From NCBI GenBank assembly GCA_963793305.1, contig CAWBZV010000004.1, positions 32,001-96,000 of the forward strand: a DNA stretch of 64,000 nt. Direction: 5' to 3'. The stretch's first letter is position 1; each line of letters opens with the position of its first letter. The translations under genes were made by a program, and so were the position numbers. Positions 10,486-19,481 of the stretch are shown in pieces. The stretch comes from an uncultured Gemmatimonadales bacterium (GTDB lineage: Bacteria; Gemmatimonadota; Gemmatimonadetes; Gemmatimonadales; Gemmatimonadaceae). Under the pieces are notes generated by a model, which worked only from the letters and a program-made list of their open reading frames with translations, did no database searches and was not told the DNA's origin.

Positions 10486-11453
10486 TTTGTGAACCTGATC
10501 TGTTGACGATACCTTTTTTTCTTCCCCGCCTTCACGTCAATCGAGTAAGCAGAGCGAATTGCCTCAAGAAGGTCTGAAAACTCCGCACCGGACTCGACTC
10601 GGATGTCGATCCCAACCAGAGTCCCCGGCCATTCAGGCGAAATGACGAAACGATGCTTGTCGTCACGAGGGTCCGCATGAAGTTCGGGTTCAGAAGCGCT
10701 CGGACGTTTTAATAGTTTGAACAAACTCTTACCGCTATACAGAACGAAATAGTTCCGCGACAGCGCCGCGATACTCTTTGTGAAGAACAGACCGGCACCA
10801 GCGTTGAACTCATTGCCGCCAAGACGGCTGGTGACACCTGTGACACCGGGTTGAAGAGCCAAACGGATGGCCGCCTCATCGCTGCGTACAGTGTGGCTCT
10901 GTTGCATCGATTGCCTGATCCCGACACCCGCGTCTGCTATGCCAATCGAAATGCGGTCAGTTTTCTTGAAGTACTGAGCGCAAACGAACGCTCCAACCGG
11001 CGAACTTGAATGTTCAAGAGCATTGCGTACCATTTCGCTGAAAACGTAGCGGATGGGATCGGCAACAGCTTTGGGCGCGTGCAGAAGGGGAACTAGATTC
11101 GTAATCGCGTCTCGAAGGTCCCGCGTATTCCGAATCTGAGTCAGCGGGATAAAGCGACCGCTCTCGTCGTGTTCGGTGATCGTCCGCGCAGGATCAACCT
11201 TCAGATGCTTGAACAATCCCATCCGAATCAAGTAAGTCAACGATCCAATTTGGCTTACGGCTCCGCGAGTACGCGCTCGTCGATGCGCGGCTAGGGCACC
11301 GGCGCAGGCAGTCATAGCCAAAACAGCCGGATGGACAGATACCCACTTCTTATGCATGCCAAACACGAGTTCATCGGCGGGCATTGGCTCATATGTCGCC
11401 AAGAACCCGTCGATGTTCTGCAAGTGGGCGCTGTTCGGCAGAAATATCTTCAC
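10482..11453 (-). CDS. HATPase_c (GHKL) ATP-binding / anti-sigma-kinase-like protein
   Basis: EMVRNALEH (N box), IADAGVGI (G1), GAGL (G2), GT box; start GTG 11453 inferred. Confidence 0.8.
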   Translation of the reverse strand: MKIFLPNSAHLQNIDGFLATYEPMPADELVFGMHKKWVSVHPAVLAMTACAGALAAHRRARTRGAVSQIGSLTYLIRMGLFKHLKVDPARTITEHDESGRFIPLTQIRNTRDLRDAITNLVPLLHAPKAVADPIRYVFSEMVRNALEHSSSPVGAFVCAQYFKKTDRISIGIADAGVGIRQSMQQSHTVRSDEAAIRLALQPGVTGVTSRLGGNEFNAGAGLFFTKSIAALSRNYFVLYSGKSLFKLLKRPSASEPELHADPRDDKHRFVISPEWPGTLVGIDIRVESGAEFSDLLEAIRSAYSIDVKAGKKKRYRQQIRFTK

Positions 11454-11586
11454 GGTAGAAAGAAATCCTGTCTCATTATCTCGAACCTTCGGGCCGCGTC
11501 CCTGAAAGATATCGGGTGGCAATAGATAATCCGCGAATAGGCTGCGCCCGGCCCTGGGGGCGGAGACCAAAGCCAAGGTCGAGCCG

Positions 11587-11790
11587 TTGAAAGGCGGACT
11601 CTGGCACCCGTACCGCCGCAAGTGGGCAACCGAACGTCGACATCTACAGACCGTCGACGTGATGAAAGCAGGAGGGTGGACCGACCGAACGACGATGGAG
11701 ACATGCTATCAGCAAGCAACCGAAGCCGGCGTGATCGCCGCAATGTCGTCCCCAGTCAAGCTCCGGGATCACGGGATCAGCCCCACGTAG
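11587..11790 (+). pseudogene. C-terminal fragment of a tyrosine recombinase/integrase
   Basis: WHPYRRKWAT (H-x-x-R), AGGW, and a catalytic-position Tyr in CYQQ; N-terminal part absent. Confidence 0.75.
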
Positions 11791-11794
11791 GTAG

Positions 11795-12331
11795 GTGAAA
11801 CGGCGGCCCGGTTGGGCTCTGGACCGGTGGTGTTCCATGCACCATATCATTAGGAATGTTGAGGCGAATCGAGCGGTGACTATTCGGTACAGACTGACGC
11901 TGCCAAGAGTACTGATACTCGGAGCCGCACTGACCATCGTGGTTGTTGCGCTGGTCGATGGGTGGCGAGCAGCAGCTCGAGTCACCGCTTGGGTTTGCGC
12001 GCTCGCCTTAATGGCGACGGCATTCGCGATGGTCGCGATATTGGCGCGCGCGAAGCAGCGTAAGGGTGCTTACCCTCCGGGCGGGATTACGGCCACGACG
12101 TTCCTGGTCTGGGGATGCATGTTCGCTACAATGGTGCTGGTGGAAGTCGGCCGTGCAGATGGTTTCCCATTCGTTGTACCTGTGTCTGCCGGCCTCGGTT
12201 GCTTTGCGGTGGGCTTCGGGCTTCGCGGGATGGCCATCGCACGGCGTCGCGCCAGGGAGCGGAAAGAGATCAGAAACTCCGTCGACACTCCGACAGCGGG
12301 AGCGGAAAAGCAAAGGCCCCGCACCGACTAA
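11795..12331 (+). CDS. Hypothetical membrane protein (about 4 TM)
   Basis: Four hydrophobic segments; start uncertain. Confidence 0.5.
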   Translation: MKRRPGWALDRWCSMHHIIRNVEANRAVTIRYRLTLPRVLILGAALTIVVVALVDGWRAAARVTAWVCALALMATAFAMVAILARAKQRKGAYPPGGITATTFLVWGCMFATMVLVEVGRADGFPFVVPVSAGLGCFAVGFGLRGMAIARRRARERKEIRNSVDTPTAGAEKQRPRTD

Positions 12332-12347
12332 GCGATGCAGGGCCTTC
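12305..12347 (-). terminator. Intrinsic terminator after tRNA-Gln
   Basis: AAGGCCCCGCA...TGCAGGGCCTT stem with A-tract on + strand. Confidence 0.65.
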
Positions 12348-12350
12348 GAG

Positions 12351-12423
12351 TTGCCCCTCCTGGGCTCGAACCAGGACTCTCCTGATCCAGAGTCAGGCGT
12401 GTTGCCAGTTACACCAAGGGGCA
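12351..12423 (-). tRNA. tRNA-Gln (anticodon CTG), CCA not encoded
   Basis: Cloverleaf TGCCCCT...CCTGA CTCTGGA TCAGG...TTCGA...AGGGGCA. Confidence 0.97.
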
Positions 12424-12440
12424 GGGAGAGACCGGGAAAG

Positions 12441-14609
12441 TTATTGGGTCACCCCGGACGACGGTAGAGTGAGGCCGAGGTTGGCGGCCGTGAAGGCGAT
12501 CAGGTCGGCCGTATTCGCGATTCGCTTGTCCGTCGGCAGATAGCCGTGGCTCCCCTCGGTCTCGACGTGGATCAGTACTGGGTGGTCGCAGTGCTGTACT
12601 GACTGCATCGCCGCCGTGAACTTGTAGCTGTGGCTCGGCACGACACGATCGTCGTGGTCGGCCGTCGTCACGAAAGTGGCAGGGTAGCACACGCCCGAGT
12701 GGATGTTCTGCACCGGGGAGTACTTGATCAGATAGCGGAACGCGGTCGAATCGGTGGCCGAGCCGTATTCGCCGGTCCAGGCAGCACCGCCGGTGAAGCG
12801 GTCGTAGCGCAGCATGTCCATGACCCCGACGGCCGGCAATGCGACCGCGTACAAATCAGGGCGCTCCTCCTCGACCGCGCCCACTAACAGGCCGCCGTTC
12901 GAGCCACCCTGAATCACCATCTTCGCGGGAGACGAGTACTTCTCGCGCTCCAAGTACTCGGCCGCCGCGATGAAGTCGTCGAACACGTTCTGCTTCTTCT
13001 CTCGCATGCCAGCGTGATGCCACGCTTCGCCGTACTCGGCGCCGCCGCGTAGGTTGGCCGTGGCGTAGACGCCGCCGAGCTCGAGCCAGAGAGGGATGGT
13101 TGGGCTGAACGTCGGCACGAGGTTGATGTCGAACCCGCCGTAGGCGTAGAGCATCGTCGGGTGCGACCCGTCGAGCTTCAAGCCCTTCTTGGCCGTGATG
13201 AACATCGGCACCTTCGTGCCGTCCTTCGACGTATAGAACACTTCCTGCGTCTGATACTGACTGACGTCGAACGGCAGCGTTGGCGGATCGAACGGGTGCC
13301 GCTCGCCCGTCTTGATGTCGTAGCGGAAGATCGTCTCGGGATACAGTGGTGACGTGAACGAGTACAGCAGTTCAGAGTTATCTTCTCGCGACGACAGGCC
13401 TGCGACCGAACCGAGTCCCGGCAGGGCGATCGAGCCGAGCGGAGCCCCGGTCAAGGACACCATGCGCAGCGTGCTCTTGACGTCGACGAGCTCGAGGAGC
13501 GTAATGCGCCCGCCGCTGACAACGGCGTTCTCGATCTCGTGCGCACCCTCGGGCACGATCGTCCGCCAATGCGACGCGTCCGGATGGGCGACATCGACCG
13601 CGATCACGCGACGCTTGGGAGCGTCCTTGTCCGTCATGACGTACGCGGTGGTGCCGACGACATCCATGGGCGTGTAGAGACCGTCGGCCGCGTCCGTGAT
13701 CGAGACCAAGGGAGCGTCCACCTTCGGATGCATCGGGTCGCCGAGCGAGGCGATCGCGAGCGTGTTGTGCGGCTCGGCGCCAGGACTCGTTAATACGAAC
13801 AGATAGCGCCCATCCTCGCTCACGCCGCCTGAGACGAACCACGTGGGACGCGCGGGCAACGCGAAGATCTTGATGTCTGCTGACTGCGGCGTGCCAACCT
13901 TATGGTAGTAGAGCGTCTGATTCGAGAGCGACGCGCTCAATTTCTCGGCGGCCGAGCGTTCGGGGAACCGAGAGTAGAAGAAGCCGGCGCCGTCGGCGGT
14001 CCACGAGAGACCGGAGAACCGCACCCAGGTCACGGTGTCCGTCAGATCGTGGCCGGTCGCGACCTCGCGAACGTGCACGTCGCGCCAATCCGCGCCGCCC
14101 TCGGAGAGACCGTAGGCGACATAGCGGCCATCAGGCGACGCGGACCACTCGGCCAGCGAGATCGAACCATCGGGCGAGAGCTGGTTCGGATCGATCAGGA
14201 CTGCAGGCGTGCCGGTCGCGCCGTGGCGGACGTAGAGAACGGCCTGGCGTTGCAGGCCGCTGTTCTTCTGGTAGAACCAGACTTGGCCGTGCATCTCGCG
14301 CTGCGGCAGGCTCACCTTGGGATAGTTCCATAGCGCGGTCAGACGCTGCTTGAGCACGTCGCGGCCGGCGATCTTCGAGAGATAGTCGGCGGTGAGCGCG
14401 TTCTCGGACGTGACCCAGCTGTGGATCCCCGGCGCGTTCAGATCTTCCATCCAACGGTACGGCGCCGGCACCGCCGTGCCGAAGAGCGTGTCGACCGTCG
14501 CATCGGTGGAGGCGGACGGATAGGACAAGCTTTGGGCGCCCGCTGCGCTCGCGCCTACGAACGCGGCCGCGATCAGCCTGCGACACGAAGAGCCGACGAT
14601 GAGCCTCAC
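12441..14609 (-). CDS. Prolyl oligopeptidase (S9A), secreted
   Basis: PYRWMED, YAYGGF, GGSNGG, HDDRV, GSHG; GGAGG RBS before GTG 14609. Confidence 0.95.
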   Translation of the reverse strand: MRLIVGSSCRRLIAAAFVGASAAGAQSLSYPSASTDATVDTLFGTAVPAPYRWMEDLNAPGIHSWVTSENALTADYLSKIAGRDVLKQRLTALWNYPKVSLPQREMHGQVWFYQKNSGLQRQAVLYVRHGATGTPAVLIDPNQLSPDGSISLAEWSASPDGRYVAYGLSEGGADWRDVHVREVATGHDLTDTVTWVRFSGLSWTADGAGFFYSRFPERSAAEKLSASLSNQTLYYHKVGTPQSADIKIFALPARPTWFVSGGVSEDGRYLFVLTSPGAEPHNTLAIASLGDPMHPKVDAPLVSITDAADGLYTPMDVVGTTAYVMTDKDAPKRRVIAVDVAHPDASHWRTIVPEGAHEIENAVVSGGRITLLELVDVKSTLRMVSLTGAPLGSIALPGLGSVAGLSSREDNSELLYSFTSPLYPETIFRYDIKTGERHPFDPPTLPFDVSQYQTQEVFYTSKDGTKVPMFITAKKGLKLDGSHPTMLYAYGGFDINLVPTFSPTIPLWLELGGVYATANLRGGAEYGEAWHHAGMREKKQNVFDDFIAAAEYLEREKYSSPAKMVIQGGSNGGLLVGAVEEERPDLYAVALPAVGVMDMLRYDRFTGGAAWTGEYGSATDSTAFRYLIKYSPVQNIHSGVCYPATFVTTADHDDRVVPSHSYKFTAAMQSVQHCDHPVLIHVETEGSHGYLPTDKRIANTADLIAFTAANLGLTLPSSGVTQ

Positions 14610-14620
14610 GGTATGCCTCC

Positions 14621-15091
14621 TTAGAGCCAGCGCGGCACGCGGTCGCGATACCGCCGATACTCGCGGCCGAATGCCCGCTCGAGATACGCCTCCTCCCGAG
14701 CAATCACACGCCGGCGAACGATACCAAGAACCCCGATGAGCATCAACAACGGCCAGATCGCATTCGCCACCACCGCGACGCCCGCGCTCAGGATCGCCAG
14801 CCCCACATACATGGGGTTCCGTGTCCATCGATACGGCCCACGGACAACGAGCGCTGTCGTCGGCCGGTCCGGCCGGATGCTCGACCCCGAGCGCCGCACC
14901 ATGACGATGGCGCTCGCGCACAGCACGAGCCCGACTGTAATGAGCGCCAACCCAGGGACGAGCCAGAAGCCCGGCGCCGCCTGGCGCGGGAACAGGGGGC
15001 CACCGATCACGGCCTCGATCGCGAACCCAACCGCGAGCCCCCCGAGGTAATACAACGGTGGTGGAACACGAACCCCCGCCGTCTGCTCCAT
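14621..15091 (-). CDS. Isoprenylcysteine carboxyl methyltransferase/PEMT family membrane protein
   Basis: LVVRGPYRWTRNPMY, REEAYLERAFG.EY..Y...VPRW. Confidence 0.9.
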   Translation of the reverse strand: MEQTAGVRVPPPLYYLGGLAVGFAIEAVIGGPLFPRQAAPGFWLVPGLALITVGLVLCASAIVMVRRSGSSIRPDRPTTALVVRGPYRWTRNPMYVGLAILSAGVAVVANAIWPLLMLIGVLGIVRRRVIAREEAYLERAFGREYRRYRDRVPRWL

Positions 15092-15149
15092 GTTAGACGA
15101 AGATAAGCCGCCAGCACGTGACGCGCTGCTACTTTTTGGAGTGCGTTCA

Positions 15150-16374
15150 ATGCAATGGCTCGCCGCGGTGTGTGTGCTGACCGCGTGTCATGATACACCC
15201 GTGGCGTTTGGGACGCACGCGGACTCGCTCTTTACCGCGCTCGCCGAGCGATACACGAATGTCGAGCGCACGCCGCGGTTCGCGGCCGCGCGCACCAAGC
15301 TCATTCACCACGCGCTCTCGCCCTCGCGTGTGTTCGATGATACCACCGTGTGGAATGGCGAGGATCCGCCAGCGGTGCGCGTGCTCATCGTGCACGGCGC
15401 GTTCGAGAGCGGCAAGTATCGACTGTTCGATGATCCCACGGCCGGCGTGCCGACGCACGTGGGCGAGACGCAGCAAGTGATTCGCCTCGAACAAACCGGG
15501 AAAGGCGAATACGAGTGGACGACGCGAGCGGTGGGCGCGGTCGGCTCCATCACCGGCGACGATCTCGCGCGAGTGCTCTCGACCCTCCTCTCCGCCAGCG
15601 CCATTCATACCGACGCGGACTTGCGGGCCGAGTATCGCTTGGCGTTTCCGAAAACAACCGCGGCGCTCGGGCAGCTGTTCTCTCTCGATACGTTGAGAAC
15701 GCAAGCCAATGGCACGATCACGCTCGTGGCCGTCTCGCATCCCGACGCCATGGCTAGCCGCTATCCCGCGTTCGCGAAGTATCTCAAGAAGTACGTCGAA
15801 CCCACGCGATTTCACTCGACGCTGCGCGACAAGAGCGGCGCGACGTGGCTCGATGTGAAATGGAACAATGGCGCGCTGACCATTGCGTGTCGCGGCACGC
15901 GCGATGGACACCTCGCGCCACTGTTCGGCGGGACGGGCGTCATGCCCGATACCCTCCTGCTCGAGACCGACATCTTCACGAAGGTCGCGATCTTCTCCGC
16001 CGGCATCAGCGCGCTCGTGTCGGAACGTCACGATGATCCATGCGCCACACGAGCGCGGATGGGACTTCGAGTTTCGTCGCGAGCCGAAATTTCATATTCC
16101 CCTGGCCATGGGAACATTCATGCGCGGCTCGCTCCGACGGCCCTTCGAGGGACGCGGCTCGGGGATCCAGCTCGTCGTGCACGACAGCGCGGGCGCCCAG
16201 TCGCTCCTCTCGCGCGACGGACACTTCGCCGTCAAAGAGAGCACGGTGATGAAATGGTTCGGCGGATTCGGGAAGGCGGCCGTCGGCGACTTCGCTGGAC
16301 AGTCGGAGGCCGAGGAGAACCGGTTTGACGCCGAGGTGTTTACGGCCCTGCGATTGGACCTGGGCGGGCAGTAA
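15150..16374 (+). CDS. Hypothetical lipoprotein, frameshift near 16025
   Basis: Lipobox LTAC; coding-like sequence continues in ORF 15883-16374 from VTMIHAPH. Confidence 0.6.
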
Positions 16375-16408
16375 AACACAAACGCCCCGGTTCTAGAACC
16401 GAGGCGTC
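16373..16408. terminator. Terminator between convergent gene and tRNA-Ala
   Basis: ACGCCCCGGTTCTAGAACCGAGGCGT hairpin with A-rich flank. Confidence 0.6.
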
Positions 16409-16488
16409 TTATAGAGGCTTGCCACGCGCGCCGTCATTGGAACTCTCCGTCCTACCGAACGGCGGCGGGCAAAATTGTCAAAAACCAG

Positions 16489-16561
16489 TGGAGCTGAGGG
16501 GAGTCGAACCCCTGACCTCTGCAGTGCGATTGCAGCGCTCTCCCAACTGAGCTACAGCCCC
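16489..16561 (-). tRNA. tRNA-Ala (anticodon CGC), CCA not encoded
   Basis: GGGGCTGTAGCTCAG...CTGCA ATCGCAC TGCAG...GGTTCGACTCC...CAGCTCCA. Confidence 0.97.
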
Positions 16562-16699
16562 GAAGCGCGGTGCGCGCCGCAATCAAACGTAGAGACGTGC
16601 CACCTGATGTCAAGGTAACAGCCTTTACAACGTGACGCGAGGTCACCCGCGTCAACAGCCCGATAACTATTCAGTTACGACTGCGTAGCCGAACAACGA

Positions 16700-17098
16700 T
16701 CACGCTGCTCCGTCGGACGGCGAACTGTCGCTATGAGCAATCCGGGAAACCCGGCTCCGATCTTCGACCGTCGTCTCCGTCATGACGCCCGCCTCGCGAC
16801 GCCGCGTCCGTGCGCCAGCGCTCCGCGCGCCGCCACCCTCACGGCCGATCGCCGCCATGTGCTCGCGATCGCGACTCACGGTCTCGCCACCCTTGCGTCC
16901 GGCCACCCGCGCCTCGTCGGCCGTCCACTCGTGAGCCGTGCCTTTCGCATGCGCCGCACGCCCGCCCTTACTGGCGATCTCGCGCTGGCGATCACGATCC
17001 ATCGAGGCGAATCCGCGATTGCTGGTGCCGCTGCGCTTCGCCGATCCGTTTGCACGACCGTTGTCGTGCTCAACCTCGCGACTGCTCTGCTCCGGCAT
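16700..17098 (-). CDS. KGG-repeat general stress protein
   Basis: RGFASMD...EIASKGG, AGRKGG, IGREGG; strong RBS. Confidence 0.9.
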   Translation of the reverse strand: MPEQSSREVEHDNGRANGSAKRSGTSNRGFASMDRDRQREIASKGGRAAHAKGTAHEWTADEARVAGRKGGETVSRDREHMAAIGREGGGARSAGARTRRREAGVMTETTVEDRSRVSRIAHSDSSPSDGAA

Positions 17099-17152
17099 TC
17101 AGACCTCCCTCCCGCTTTTCCGTATCCGATTATATACCCACCGCGCTCTGCC

Positions 17153-17167
17153 GCAAAACAAGTACCA
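17153..17167 (-). promoter_or_regulatory. Sigma-54 (-24/-12) promoter of the KGG gene
   Basis: TGGTAC-TTGTT-TTGC, i.e. GG-N10-GC. Confidence 0.65.
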
Positions 17168-17313
17168 TATGCGCCGCGCTCACCATTTTCTAAACTAAGA
17201 TCCCTCACGGCCGTGCTCCCTTCAAGCCCGGCCCCTAAACAACAAGCAACAACCAGGCCCAAGTTCCGAAGTCTAGGCAGGGAAAGGCCTTTCGATACCC
17301 GTATATTTCATAG

Positions 17314-18348
17314 ATGTCACTCTCGTTGCGCTTCTTAGGGACCGCGGCGTCCCGCCCGACCGTCGAGCGCAACGTGTCCTCGATCGCGGTCATTCGGGAA
17401 GGCGAGACCTTCCTGGTTGACTGCGGCGAAGGGACCCAGCGCCAGATGATGCGGTACGGGATCAGTTTCAACGTGCGCGATATCTACTTCACGCACTATC
17501 ACGCCGACCACGTGCTGGGGGTCATTGGCTTGCTTCGGACCTTGCAGCTTCAGGGACGCGAAGAGCCCATCCATCTGTGGGGACCAGAAGGACTTGCGCG
17601 ACTGGTGCAGTTGGCGGGAGCGCTCGGGGGGGAGCGCTGGGGGTTCGCGGTCGAGCATACCGAATTGGCGGCGGGTGCCTCGGTCAAGCGCAATGGCTAC
17701 GAGATCACTTCGTTCCCAATAAGCCATCGCGGGGCGAAGTCGTTCGGCTACGCGCTCGTCGAGGAGACGCGACTCGGACGGTTCAACCCGGATCTCGCGG
17801 TCGCCCTCGGCGTGCCCGAGGGACCCCTGTGGGGGCGGCTGCACCGTGGACAGACCGTGACGCTGGACGACGGACGGACGATCGACGGCTCGACGCTCGT
17901 GGGGCCGACTCGCCCGGGACGGCGCATCGTGATCACGGGGGACACCCGGCCGGCCGAGACGACCGTTATCGCCGCGACCGGCGCCGACCTACTCGTACAC
18001 GAGGCGACGTTCGCCGACGAAGAGGCCAAGCGGGCAGCCGAAACGGGCCATTCCACGGCCCGCGAGGCGGCGACCGTGGCGGCCGCCGCCAAGGTCCGGC
18101 GCCTGATTCTCACCCACTTCTCAGCGCGCTACACCCGCGACCATGCCGACCTGGAACGCGAGGCGCGCGAAGTGTTTCCAGCTACCTGGTGCGCGCGCGA
18201 CGGCTTGGAAGTCGAGGTGCCGTACGCGAACGAGTCAGAGCTGGCTACGCTGACCCAGGCGGAGTACGCGGCCCCCAACCAGCCGGCCGAATCGGCATCG
18301 ACCTCCGGAACAGGCGCCTCAGGGTCGGATCATCCAGGGCATCCATGA
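17314..18348 (+). CDS. rnz: Ribonuclease Z
   Basis: DCGEGTQRQ, THYHADH, GVPEGP exosite, GDT, HEATF, THFSARY. Confidence 0.95.
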   Translation: MSLSLRFLGTAASRPTVERNVSSIAVIREGETFLVDCGEGTQRQMMRYGISFNVRDIYFTHYHADHVLGVIGLLRTLQLQGREEPIHLWGPEGLARLVQLAGALGGERWGFAVEHTELAAGASVKRNGYEITSFPISHRGAKSFGYALVEETRLGRFNPDLAVALGVPEGPLWGRLHRGQTVTLDDGRTIDGSTLVGPTRPGRRIVITGDTRPAETTVIAATGADLLVHEATFADEEAKRAAETGHSTAREAATVAAAAKVRRLILTHFSARYTRDHADLEREAREVFPATWCARDGLEVEVPYANESELATLTQAEYAAPNQPAESASTSGTGASGSDHPGHP

Positions 18349-18532
18349 CCGTACTGGCGGGCAACCGGGCGGTCACGTTGCGCGCCTCGGGCCCGTGCGA
18401 GAGGAACCACGCGTAGCGATCGAGATGGCTGGAGCCCGGATACCGAAACACGACCATCGCATTGCTCGCGCCGGGTAGTTGGACGGCCACGTCCCAGCTC
18501 GTGCCGTCGCCAGACGTAAAAGTGCGCTTCAC
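18245..18532 (-). CDS. Hypothetical protein
   Basis: Directly follows the DUF2203 gene; plausible composition. Confidence 0.55.
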   Translation of the reverse strand: MKRTFTSGDGTSWDVAVQLPGASNAMVVFRYPGSSHLDRYAWFLSHGPEARNVTARLPASTVMDALDDPTLRRLFRRSMPIRPAGWGPRTPPGSA

Positions 18533-18943
18533 TTAGGCCACAAGCTCCTCGAGGGGACGCCGCCCCACAAAGCCGGCGTCGATCTCGTGCCAGAATTGAA
18601 CGCTGGGCTCCCCGAGCCGCCAGCACAGATACACTGGCCGCCCATCCCGCTCGGCCGGAAAATCCACCAGTCCCGTCTCGTAATCTTTGAGCTCGACCCC
18701 GAGTGCGGCGAGCTCGCGGACGAACCGATCGACTTCGGCGGCGATCGCCCCCGCTTCGCGCTCGAGCTCCGCCGCGCGCGGGTCGGGCGCATGGCTCGTC
18801 ACCGAGGCCGTCACCAGCTCGAACTCGCGAATGCGCTCGCGCCAACGGCCAACCGACACCACGATGTCCTCGACGATCCGGCGCACGAGCGGCAGCATCT
18901 GCGTCGCTTGCGCTGGCGTGAAGAGCTTCGCTTCGACGGGCAT
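18533..18943 (-). CDS. DUF2203 family protein
   Basis: FTPAQATQMLP, GVELKD...GLVDFP...YLCWRLGE...WH..DAGF.GRRP. Confidence 0.9.
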   Translation of the reverse strand: MPVEAKLFTPAQATQMLPLVRRIVEDIVVSVGRWRERIREFELVTASVTSHAPDPRAAELEREAGAIAAEVDRFVRELAALGVELKDYETGLVDFPAERDGRPVYLCWRLGEPSVQFWHEIDAGFVGRRPLEELVA

Positions 18944-18974
18944 AATCGAATCGTGCGGTTCGTCAGCCGGACGG

Positions 18975-19481
18975 TCAAGACCGACGGCCGTTCGACTCCG
19001 CCTCGCGCTCCTCCAGCCGGCGACGGCGGCGGTCCTGCGCCGCGGCATACCGGCGCAACTCATCCGGCGTCTCCGGAACGAGACGCGGGACTTCGACCGG
19101 GCGACCGTTTCGATCCACCGCGACCATCGTGAGATAGCACGAGTTCGTGTGCCGGCGGCGGCCCGAGATCAGATCCTCGGCCTCGACCCGCACGCCGACT
19201 TCCATAGAGGTCCGGCCGACGTAGTTCACGCTCGCCTTCATGATCACGAGATCGCCGACGTGGATCGGCTCGCGGAAGTCGACGCGGTCGACCGACGCCG
19301 TGACACAGGGCATCCGCGCGTGGCGGAACGCCGCGATGCCGGCGGCCGTGTCCATCATCGCCAGAACGACGCCTCCGAACACGTGGCCCAGGACATTCGC
19401 GTCCTGGGGCATCATGAGACGCGACGTCTCGCCTTGCGATTCTCTCACGGGCTTTGCCGCCAGGCCGGGGTCAATGCTCAC
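18975..19481 (-). CDS. Acyl-CoA thioesterase (hotdog fold)
   Basis: PQDANVLGHVFGG, VTASVD, VNYVGRTSMEVGV. Confidence 0.92.
   Translation of the reverse strand: MSIDPGLAAKPVRESQGETSRLMMPQDANVLGHVFGGVVLAMMDTAAGIAAFRHARMPCVTASVDRVDFREPIHVGDLVIMKASVNYVGRTSMEVGVRVEAEDLISGRRRHTNSCYLTMVAVDRNGRPVEVPRLVPETPDELRRYAAAQDRRRRRLEEREAESNGRRS

Larger units (their letters stand above)
10012..12347. mobile_element. Island A adjacent to tRNA-Gln, with integrase remnant
   Basis: Bounded by the tRNA and repeat copy 3; lower GC; integrase fragment. Confidence 0.75.

Noticed and set aside
4433..12347. Classical integron
   Set aside because: No IntI gene and no GTTRRRY-bounded attC recognised; boundaries are tRNA-derived.
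4388..12423. 45-bp repeats as a CRISPR array or as extra tRNA genes
   Set aside because: Spacing is kilobases, there are no cas genes, and the copies lack the tRNA 5' half.
18245..18348. RNase Z tail overlapping the convergent gene
   Set aside because: Low-complexity extension; such convergent overlaps recur in this window.
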